The notes under the pieces were generated by a model, which did not search any database, was not told where the DNA came from, and was given only the letters and a program-made list of their open reading frames with translations. From Squalus acanthias (Eukaryota): a stretch of DNA of 64,000 nucleotides. Position numbers and translations under genes: made by a program. Positions 43,061 through 52,350 of this stretch are shown piece after piece. Positions within the stretch are counted from its first letter, which is position 1, and each line of letters begins with the position of its first letter. Location of the stretch: the NCBI GenBank assembly GCA_030390025.1, contig CM059431.1, forward strand, positions 136,526,001-136,590,000, given 5' to 3'.

Positions 43061-44017
43061 TTAGTTTAAAGCCCTCTCCACAGCCCTAGTTATTCGATTC
43101 GCCAGGACACTAGTCCCAGCACTGGCCAAGTGAAGTCCGTCCCAACGGAACAGCTCTCTCCTGCCCCAGTACTGGTGCCAGTGTCCCAAGAAGCAAAACC
43201 CATTTTTCCCACACCAGTCTTTGAGCCACGCATTCAACTCCCTGATTTTATTTACCCTAGCCAAATTTGCTCGTGGCTCAGGTAGTAATCCAGAGATTAT
43301 TACCCTCGAGGTTCTGCTTTTTAATTTGGCCCCTAGCTGCTCAAACTCCCTCAGCAGAACCTCTTTCCTTGTCCTATCTATGTCATTGGTACCAACATGG
43401 ACCACGACAACTGGATCCTCCCCCTCCCAGTCCAAGTTTCTCTCCAGCCCAGAGGAGATGTCCTTAACCCTGGCACCGGGCAGGCAACACAGCCTTCGGG
43501 ACTCTCGCTCTTGGCTGCAAAGAACCCTATCTATCCCCCTAATGATACTATCCCCTACCACTACAACATTTCTTTTTACTCCCCCCACTTGAATGGCCCC
43601 CCTTACCACGGTGCTGTGGCCAGGTTGCTCATCCTCCCTGCAGTCCCCGCTCCTATCCACACAGGGAGTAAGAGCCTCGAACCTGTTGGACAAGAGCAAG
43701 GGCTGCGGCTCCTCCAACACTACCTCCTGGATCCCTGTACCTGCCTCACTCGTAGTCACACCTTCCTGTCCCTGACCACGGGCTACTTCTGAATTAGTTA
43801 CTCTAATTGGTGTGACTACCTCCTGAAACACGGAGTCCAGGTAACTCTCCCCCTCCCTGATGTGTCGCAGTGTTTGAAGCTCGGACTCCAGCTCATCAAC
43901 ACGGAGCCGGAGTTCCTCGAGCAGCCAACACTTACTGCAAATGTGTTCACCGTGAACATCAATGGTGTCCACCAGCTCCCACATATTGCAGCAGTAACAC
44001 ATCACCTGCTCTCCCAT
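43061..44017 (-). CDS. CR1 ORF1 protein (318 aa): zinc finger/leucine zipper plus SGNH/GDSL-type esterase domain
   Basis: CYCC...CSKC followed by heptad LEELRLRVDELESELQTL; SNRFEAL motif; SGNH blocks VVVVGDS, LPGA, VHVGTND, DGLHL. It is the first ATG on the element sense strand and has a strong Kozak context (AGAATGG). No disruptions. Confidence 0.95.
   Translation of the reverse strand: MGEQVMCYCCNMWELVDTIDVHGEHICSKCWLLEELRLRVDELESELQTLRHIREGESYLDSVFQEVVTPIRVTNSEVARGQGQEGVTTSEAGTGIQEVVLEEPQPLLLSNRFEALTPCVDRSGDCREDEQPGHSTVVRGAIQVGGVKRNVVVVGDSIIRGIDRVLCSQERESRRLCCLPGARVKDISSGLERNLDWEGEDPVVVVHVGTNDIDRTRKEVLLREFEQLGAKLKSRTSRVIISGLLPEPRANLARVNKIRELNAWLKDWCGKNGFCFLGHWHQYWGRRELFRWDGLHLASAGTSVLANRITRAVERALN
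43064..43070 (-). promoter_or_regulatory. Candidate -1 ribosomal frameshift slippery heptamer T_TTA_AAC at the end of ORF1
   Basis: The sense strand reads GCT TTA AAC TAA. The heptamer is in X_XXY_YYZ phase with ORF1, and the -1 frame is open and in frame with the ORF2 ATG 48 nt downstream of the heptamer start. Confidence 0.55.
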
Positions 44018-44451
44018 TCTATGTAATTAATTAAAAATTTATTATTTACCCTTCAGTTAATTTATGCCCGCAGTCTCTGCTACACCACAGATACCCGAGA
44101 AACTATAAACTATGGAATTGAAGTTTTGTATCAAAAAAAAGAGAAATACTCACCAACCAATCACTTACCTGCTTTCTGGTGACGTCACACTTCGATTTTA
44201 TTTTACCTCTCTCCTGCTCTCGGCTTGGTGAAAGCCTACCTGGTCGCTGCCGCCTTTTACCGCCGCCGCCTCGCCGCTGTTGCTCCACCCAGGTCCGCCG
44301 CCTCTTGTAATAAAACCAACCAATCACTTAGCTGCTTTCTGATTACTTTTTACTTCTTTACACTCACCGGTCTGTTATAGCTCCCGCGCACTTTTTGAAT
44401 CTGCCAAGGTCTCGCGCTCTCCTGGGCTCTCGCTCACCTTTTGAATCTGCC
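44018..44451 (-). promoter_or_regulatory. CR1 5'UTR / putative internal promoter
   Basis: CpG-rich (GCC)n segment ~44244-44302, palindromic CRE GTGACGTCAC at 44179-44188, two AACCAATCA boxes (CCAAT at 44157-44161 and 44320-44324), two pairs of short direct repeats and no upstream ATG. Promoter function is inferred from LINE biology. Confidence 0.65.
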
Positions 44452-47400
44452 GGGGACTGAAGAGTGAGACATGGAGAATGAACTGCCTCTAACTGGGGAC
44501 TGAAGAGCGAGACATGCAGGTTAAATTGCCTCTAATTGCGGAGAGAGGTGCGAGAAATGGAGTATTATCTGTCTCCAACTTGTGTCTGAAGAGTGAAGCA
44601 TGGAGAACGAACTTCCGCTAAGTGGAGACCGAAGAGCGTGACACGTGAAATCAACTGTCTATGCGGGGAATGAAGACAGTGACATGGAGAATGAACTGTC
44701 TCGAACCGTGGACGGAAGAGTGAAAAATGGAGAATGAACTGTCTATAACCGGGGACTGAAGAGTGAGACATGGAGAATGAACTGCCTCTAACCGGGGAAT
44801 GAAGAGTGAGACTTGGAGAATGAACTGCCTCTAACCGCGGACTGAAGAGCAAGACATGGAGAATGATCTGTCTCTAACCGGGAAATGAAGTGCGAGACAT
44901 GAAGAATGAACTTCCCTAACCGGGGACTGAAGAATGAGACATGGAGAAGGAATGGTCTCTAACCGGGGACTGGTGAGAGAGACATGGAGAATGAACTGTC
45001 TCCAACCGGGGAATGAAATGCAAGATATGTAGAATGAACTGTCTTTAACTGGGGATTGAACAGTGAGACATGGAAAATGAACTGTCTCAAACTTTGGACA
45101 GAAGAGTGAGAATGGAGAATGAACTGCCTCTAACCGGAGATTGAAGAGTGAGACATGGAGAATGAACTGTCTCTAACTGGGGACTGAAGAGCGAGACATG
45201 GAAAATGAACTGCCTCAGTCCGGGGAATGAAGAGCCAGACATGGAGAATGAACTGTCTCTAACCGGGCACTGAAGAGTGAGACATGGAGGATGAATTGTC
45301 TCTTACTGGTGACTGAAGAGTAAGACATGGAGATTGATCTGCCTCAATCTGGGGAATGAAGAGTGAGACATGGAGACTGAACTGTCTCTAACCAGAACTG
45401 AAGAGCGAGACATGGAGAATAAACTGCCTCTAACCGTAAACTGAAGAGCGAGACATGGAGAATGAACTGCCTCTAACCGGGGGCTGAAGAGTGAGATATG
45501 GAGAATGAACTATCTCTAATCGGGGACTGAAGAGTGAGTCATGGAGAATGAACTGCATCTAACCGTGGAATGAATAGTGAGACATTGAGAAGGAATTGTC
45601 TCTAACCGGGGACTGAAGGGCGAGACATGGAGAATGAACTGTCTCTACCGCGGACTGAAGAGTGAGTCACGGAGAATGAACTGCCTCAAACCGGGGACTG
45701 AAGAGTGAGACATGGAGAATGAACTGCCTCTAACCGGGGACTGATGAGCGAGACATGGAGAATGAACTGCCTCCAACCGTAAACTGAAGAGCGAGACATG
45801 GAGAATGAACTGCCTCTAACCGGTGGCTGAAGAGAGAGACATGGAGAATGAACTGCCTCTAATCGGGGACTGAAGAGCGAGATATTGAGAATGAACTGCC
45901 TCTAACTGGGGAATTAAGACCGAGACATGGAGAATAAACTGCCTCTAACCGGGGAAGGAAGAGTGAGACATGGAGAATGAACTGTATTTAACCGGGGACT
46001 GCGGGCCAGGACATGGAGAATGAACTGCCTCTAACCGTGGAATGAATAGTGAGACATTGAGAAGGAACTGTCTCTAACCGGGGACTGAAGAGCGAGACAT
46101 GGAGAATGAACTGTCTCTAACTGGGGACTGAAGAGTGAGACATGGAGAATGAATTGCCTTTAACCAGGAATGAAGAGCGAGACATGGAGAATGATAAGCC
46201 TCTAACCGGGGACTGAAGATCGAGACATGGAGAATGAACTGACTCTAACCGGGAACTGAGGAGCGAGACATGGAGAATGAACTGTCTCTACCGGGGACTG
46301 AAGAGCGAAAGACGGAGAATGAACTGCCTCTAACTGGGGAATGAAGAGCGAGACATGAAGAAAGAAATGTCTCTAACCGGCGACAGAAGAGTGAGACATG
46401 GAGAATGAACTGCCTCTATCCGGGGAATGACGAGCGAGACATTGAGAATGAACTGCCTCTATCCGAGGACTGAAGAGTGCGATATGGAAAATGAACTGAC
46501 TCTAATCAGTGACAGAACAGCGAGACATGGAGAATGAACTGTCTCTAACCGGGGACTGAAGAGTGAGACATGGAGAATGAACTGTCTCTAACCGGGGAAT
46601 GAAGAGCAAGACATGGAGAATGAACTGCCTGAATCCGGGGAAAGAAGAGTGAGACATGGAGAATGAATTGTCTCTAACCGGGGAATGAAGCGCGAGATAT
46701 GGAGAATGAACTCCCTCAAACTGGGGACTGAAGAGTGTGATATGGACAATGAACTGTCTCTAACTGTGGAATGAAGAGCGAGAGATGGAGAATGAACTGC
46801 CTCTAACCGGGGAGTGAAGAGCGAGACATGAAGAATGAACTGCCTCTAACAGCGGACTTATGAGCAAGACATGGAAAATGAACTGCCTCTAACCGGGGAA
46901 TGAAGAGTGAGACATGGAGAATGAACTGTCTCTAACCGTGGATGGATGAGTGAAAAATGGTGGATGAACTGTCTCTAACCGGGGACTGAAGAGTGAGACA
47001 TGGAGAATGAACTGTCTCTGAACGGGGACTGAAGAGTGAGACATGCAGAATTAACATCCTTCAGCCAGGGAATGAAGAACTAGACATGAAGAATGAACTG
47101 CCTCTGAACGGGGACTGAAGAGTGAGACATTCAGAATGAATAGCCTTTAGCCAGGGAATGAAGAAATAGACATGGAGAATGAACGGCCTCTAACCGGGGA
47201 CTGAAGAGCGAGACATGAAGATGAACTACCTCTAACTGGGGACTGAAGAGCGAGACATGGAGAATGAACTGCCTCCAACCGGGGATTGAAGAGAGAGACA
47301 TGGAGAATGAACTGTGTCTAACCGGAGACTGAAGTGCGAGACATGAAGAATGAACTGCCTCTAACCGGGGACTGAAGAGCGAGACATGGGGAATGAACTG

Positions 47401-50400
47401 CCTCTAACCGGGGAGTAAAGAGCGAGACATGAAGAATGAACTGCCTCTAACAGCGGACTTATGAGTAAGACATGGAGAATGAACTGCCTCTAACCGTGGA
47501 CGGATGAGTGAAAAATGGAGAATGAACTGTCTCTAACCGGGGACTGAAGAGTGAGACATGGAGAATGAACTGTCTCTAACGGGGGCTGAAGAGCGAGACA
47601 TGGAGAATGAACAGCCTCTGAACGGGGACTGAAGAGTGAGACATTCAGAATGAATAGGATTCAGCCAGGGAATGAAGAAATAGACATGGAGAATGAACTG
47701 GCTCGAACCAGGGACTGAAGAGCGAGATATGGAGAATGAACTGCCTCTAACCGGGGAGTAAAGAGCGAGACATGAAGAATGAACTGCCTCTAACAGCGGA
47801 CTTATGAGCAAGACATGGAGAATGAACTGCCTCTAACCGCGGACTGAAGAGCAAGGCATGGAGAATGAACTGTCTCTAACCGTGGGCGGATGAGTGAAAA
47901 ATGGAGAATGAACTGTCTCTAACCGGGGACTGAAGAGTGAGACATGGAGAATGAACTGTCCCTAACGGGGGCTGAAGAGCGAGACATGGAGAATGAACAG
48001 CCCCTGAACGGGGACTGAAGAGTGAGACATTCAGAATGAATAGGATTTAGCCAGGGAATGAAGAAATAGACATGGAGAATGAACTGCGTCTAACCGGGGA
48101 CTGAAAAGCGAGACATGAAGAATGAACTGCCTCTAACCGGGGTCTGAAAAGTGAGACATGGAGAATGAACTGTCTCTAACTGGGGAATGAAGAGCGGGAC
48201 ATGGAGAATTAACTGTCACTAACTGCGGAATGAAGAGTGAGACATGGAGAATGAACTGCTTCTAACCGGAGGCTGAAGAGCGCGACATGGAGAATGAACA
48301 GCCTCGAACTGGGGACTGAAGAGTGAGATATTGAGAAGGAACTGTCTCTAACCGGGGACTGAAGAGCGAGACAGGGAGAAAGAAATGTCTCTAACCGGCG
48401 ACAGAAGAGTGAGACATGGAGAATGAACTGCCTCTATCCGGGGAATGACGAGCGAGACATGGAGAATGAACTGCCTCTATCCGGGGACTGAAGAGTGCGA
48501 TATGGAAAATGAACTGACTCTAATCAGTGACAGAACAGCGAGACATGGAGAATGAACTGCCTCAATCCGGGGAATGAAGAGTGAGACATGGAGAATGTAC
48601 AGCCTCGAACTGGGGACTGAAGACCGAGACATGGAGAATGAACTGTCTCTAACTGTGGATTGAAGAGTGTGACATGGAGAATGAACTGCCTCTAACCGTG
48701 GACGAATGAGTGAAAGATGGAGAATGAACTCTCTCTAACATGGGACTGAAGAGTGAGACATGGAGAATGAACTGTCTCTAACCGGGGGCTGAAGAGCGAG
48801 ACATGGAAAATGAATTGACTCTTACTGGTGACTGAAGAGTAAGACATGGAGAATGATCTGCCTCAATCCGGGGAATGAAGAGTGAGACATGGAGACTGAA
48901 CTGTCTCTAACAGGGAACTGAAGAGCGAGACATGGAGAATGAACTGCCTCTAACCGTATACTGAAGAACGAGACATGGAGAATGAACTGCCTCTAACCAT
49001 AAACAAATGAGCGAGACATGGAGAATGAATTGCCTTTAACCGTTGGCTGAAGAGAGAGGCATGGAGAATGAACTGCCTCTAATCGGGGACTGAAGACCGA
49101 GACATTGAGAATGAACTGCCTCTAACTGGGGAATTAAGACCGAGACACAGAGAATGAACTGCCTCTAACCGGGGAAGGAAAGTGAGACATGGAGAATGAA
49201 CTGCCTCGAACCGTGGAATGATTAGTGAGATATTGAGAAGGAACTGTCTCTAACCGGGGACTGAAGAGCGAGACAGGGAGAATGAACTGTCTCTAACTGG
49301 GGACTGAAGAGTGAGACATGGAGAATGAACTGTCTCTAACCGGGGACTGAAGAGTCGAACATGGAGAATGAACTGCCTCTAACCGGGGACAGAAGAGCGA
49401 GACATGGAGAATGAACTGCCTTTAACCAGGAATGAAGAGTGAGACATGGAGAATGAACTGCCTTTAACCAGGAATGAAGAGCGAGACATGGAGAATGAAC
49501 TGCCTCTATCCGGGTAATGACGAGAGAGACCTGGAAAATGAACTGCCTCTATCCGAGGACTGAAGAGTGCGATATTGAAAATGAACTGCCTCTAATCGGG
49601 GACAGAAGAGCGAGACATGGAGAATGAACTGTCTGTAACCGGGAACTGAAGAGTGAGACATGGAGAATGAACTGTTCTAACCGGGGACTGAAAAGTGAGA
49701 CATGGAGATTGAACTGTCTCAAACCGGGGAATGAAGAGCAAGACATGGAGAATGAACTGCCTGAATCCGGAGAAAGAAGAGCGAGACATGGAGAATGAAT
49801 TGTCTCGAACTGGGGACTGAAGAGTGAGACATGGAGAACGAATTGTCCCTAACCGGGGAATGAAGCGCGAGACATGGAGAATGAACTGCCTCAAACTGGG
49901 GACTGAAGAGTGAGATATGGAGAATGAACTGTCTCTAACTGAGGAATGAAGAGCGAGACATGGAGAATGAACTACCTCTAACCGGGGAGTGAAGAGCGAG
50001 ACATGAAGAATGAAGTTCCTCTAACAGCGGACTGAAGAGCAAGACATGGAGAATGAACTGCCTCTAACCGGGGAATGAAGAGTGAGACATGGAGAATGAA
50101 CTGCCTCTAACCGGGGAATGAAGAGTGAGACATGGAGAATGAACTGTCTTAACCGTGGACGGAAGAGTGAAAAATGGAGAATGTACTGTCTCTAACCGGG
50201 GACTGAAGAGTGAGACATGGAGAATGAACTGCCTCTAACCGGGGAATGAAGAATGAGACTTGGAGAATGAACTGCCTCTAACCGTGGATTGAAGAGCAAG
50301 ACATGGAGAATGAACTGTCTCTAACCATGGACGGATGAGTGAAAAATGGAGAATGAACTGTCTCTAAACGGGGACTGAAGAGTGAGACATGGAGAATGGA

Positions 50401-50842
50401 CTGTCTCTAAACGGAGGCTTAAGAGCGAGACATGGAGAATGAACTGCGTCTAAACGGGGACTGAAGAGCGAGACATGAAGAATGAACTGTGTCTAACCGG
50501 GGACTGAAGAATGAGACATGGAGAATGAACTGTGTCTAACCGGGGACTGAAGAGCGAGACATGGAGAATGAACTGCCTCAAACCGGGGACTGAAGAATGA
50601 GACATGGAGAATGAACTGCCACTATCCGGGGACTGATGAGAGAGACATGGAGAATGAACTGTCTCTAACCGGGGACTGAAGAGTGAGACATGAAGAATGA
50701 ACTGTCTCTAACCGGGGACTGAAGAGTGAGACATGGAGAATGAACTGACTCTAACTATGGAATGAAGAGCGAGACATGGAGAATGAACTGTGTCTAACCG
50801 GGGACTGAAGAGTGACACATGAAGAAAGAACTGCCTCTAACC
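44450..50842 (+). repeat. 43-bp tandem satellite array, middle segment between the two LINEs
   Basis: Same monomer and orientation. Resumes at CCGGGGACTGAAGAG (44450) and stops at CTGCCTCTAACC (50842). Confidence 0.97.
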
Positions 50843-52255
50843 ATTTTGCAACATTCCTTAGACTCTGGATCAGTTCCGATGGAGTGGAGGGTGGCCAATG
50901 TAACCCCTCTTTTTAAAAAAGGAGGGAGGGAGAAAGCAGGGAATTATAGACCGGTCAGCCTGACATCGGTCGTGGGTAAAATGATGGAAGCAATTATTAA
51001 AGATGTCATAACAGACCATTTGGAAAGTGGCGACATGATAGGTCCAAGTCAGCATGGATTTGTGAAAGGGAAATCATGCTTGACAAATCTTCTGGAAATT
51101 TTTGAGGATGTTTCCAATAGGGTGGACAGGGGGGAACCAGTAGATGTGGTGTATTTGGACTTTCAGAAGGCCTTCGACAAGGTCCCACACAAGAGTTTGG
51201 TGAGCAAAGTTAAAGCACATGGGATTGGGGGTAATGTGTTGACGTGGATTGAGAACTGGTTGGCACACAGGAAACAAAGAGTAGGAGTAAATGGGTATTT
51301 TTCAGAATGGCAGGCAGTGACCAGCGGGGTACCGCAGGGTTCGGTGCTGGGACCCCAGCTGTTTACATTATATATTAATGATTTGGACGAAGGGATTAAA
51401 TGTAATATCTCCAAATTTGCGGATGACACTAAATTGGGAGGCAGTGTGTACAATGAGGAGGATGCTAGGAGGCTACAGAGTGACTTGGACAGGTTGGGTG
51501 AATGGGCAAATGTATGGCAGATGAAGTACAATGTGGATAAATGTGAGGTTATCCACTTTGGTGGTAAAAATAGAGAGGCTGACTATTACCTGAATGGTGG
51601 CAGATTAGGGAAAGGGGAGTTGCAACGAGACCTGGGCGTCATGGTACATCACTCACTGAAGGTGGGAATGCAAGTGCAGCAGGCAGTCAAGAAAGCAAAC
51701 GGAATGATGGCCTTCATAGCAAGGGGATTTGAGTACAGGAGTAGGGAGGTGAAGCTGCAGTTGTACAGGGCCTTGGTGAGGCCACACCTGGAGTATTGTG
51801 CGCAGTTTTGGTCTCCTAACTTAAGGAAGGACATTCTTGCTATTGAGGGAGTGCAGCGAAGGTTCACTAGATTGATTCCTGGGATGGCCGGACTGACATA
51901 TCAAGAAAGATTGGGTCAACTGAACTTGTATCCTCTGGAGTTCAGAAGAATGAGGGGGGATCTAATAGAGACATTTAAAATCCTGACTGGTTTAGACAAA
52001 TTAGATGCGGGCAGAATGTTCCCAATGTTAGGGAAAACTAGAACCAGGGGTCACAGTCTAAGGATTAAGGGGAACCCATTTAAGACTGACCTGAGGAGGA
52101 ACTTCTTCACCCAGAGAGTGGTGAATCTATGGAATTCTCTTCCACAGAAGGTTGTTGAGGCCAGTTCGCTAAATATATTCAAAAGGGAGTTAGATATAAC
52201 ACTCACAACAAGGGGGATCAATGGGTATGGCGAGAAAGCAGGAATGGGGTACTGA
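50819..52255 (+). CDS. Truncated CR1 ORF2 reverse transcriptase ORF (478 aa), lacking the endonuclease; first 8 codons (MKKELPLT) are satellite-derived
   Basis: NYRPVSLTS, QHGFVKGKSC, DFQKAFDKVPH, GVPQGSVLGP, KFADDTK and the C-terminal TRGH/RNFFTQRVVNLWNSLP motifs, without stops or frameshifts. Expression is unknown. Confidence 0.8.
   Translation: MKKELPLTILQHSLDSGSVPMEWRVANVTPLFKKGGREKAGNYRPVSLTSVVGKMMEAIIKDVITDHLESGDMIGPSQHGFVKGKSCLTNLLEIFEDVSNRVDRGEPVDVVYLDFQKAFDKVPHKSLVSKVKAHGIGGNVLTWIENWLAHRKQRVGVNGYFSEWQAVTSGVPQGSVLGPQLFTLYINDLDEGIKCNISKFADDTKLGGSVYNEEDARRLQSDLDRLGEWANVWQMKYNVDKCEVIHFGGKNREADYYLNGGRLGKGELQRDLGVMVHHSLKVGMQVQQAVKKANGMMAFIARGFEYRSREVKLQLYRALVRPHLEYCAQFWSPNLRKDILAIEGVQRRFTRLIPGMAGLTYQERLGQLNLYPLEFRRMRGDLIETFKILTGLDKLDAGRMFPMLGKTRTRGHSLRIKGNPFKTDLRRNFFTQRVVNLWNSLPQKVVEASSLNIFKRELDITLTTRGINGYGEKAGMGY
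50838..50842 (+). other. Target-site duplication TAACC (left copy; right copy at 52351-52355)
   Basis: CTGCCTC-TAACC|LINE|TAACC-GGGGACTG. Removing the LINE and one TAACC restores a perfect monomer. Confidence 0.8.
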
Positions 52256-52350
52256 GGTAGCATGTTCAGAAATGAACGCATTGAATGGCGGTGCAGGCTC
52301 GAAGGACCAAATGGTCTACTCCTGTACCTATTTTCTATGTTTCTATGTTT
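50843..52350 (+). mobile_element. 5'-truncated CR1-clade LINE (1508 bp), different subfamily from the minus-strand element
   Basis: RT and C-terminal ORF2 sequence, 3'UTR with hairpins and (TTTCTATG)2 tail; flanked by TAACC direct repeats. Confidence 0.96.
52332..52350 (+). repeat. CR1 3' terminal microsatellite tail (TTTCTATG)x2 + TTT
   Basis: Read directly: TTTCTATG TTTCTATG TTT, then satellite TAACCGGGG. Confidence 0.9.

Larger units (their letters stand above)
39831..44451 (-). mobile_element. Apparently full-length CR1-clade LINE (non-LTR retrotransposon), ~4.6 kb
   Basis: 5'UTR + ORF1 (CxxC..CxxC, coiled coil, SGNH esterase) + ORF2 (APE-RT) + short 3'UTR with hairpins + 8-bp microsatellite tail instead of poly(A). 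Sharp boundaries with satellite on both sides (4-nt ACAT overlap at the 3' end, 1-2 nt overlap at the 5' end). Confidence 0.96.

Noticed and set aside
40179..43792. Plus-strand ORFs inside the full-length LINE
   Set aside because: Antisense shadows of ORF1/ORF2; short and without motifs.
44103..44327. 74-aa Arg/Gly-rich ORF in the 5'UTR
   Set aside because: It starts at GTG, not ATG, and its composition simply reflects the (GGC)n tract. No support as a uORF.
50870..52281. Minus-strand ORFs inside the truncated LINE
   Set aside because: Antisense shadows of the RT frame.
39831..52350. The two oppositely oriented LINEs as ends of one composite or inverted element, or a prokaryotic retron/DGR/group II intron RT system
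   Set aside because: They are distinct subfamilies with different tails and independent junctions, and the satellite between them is not inverted. The RTs are clearly CR1-type with APE and esterase partners.
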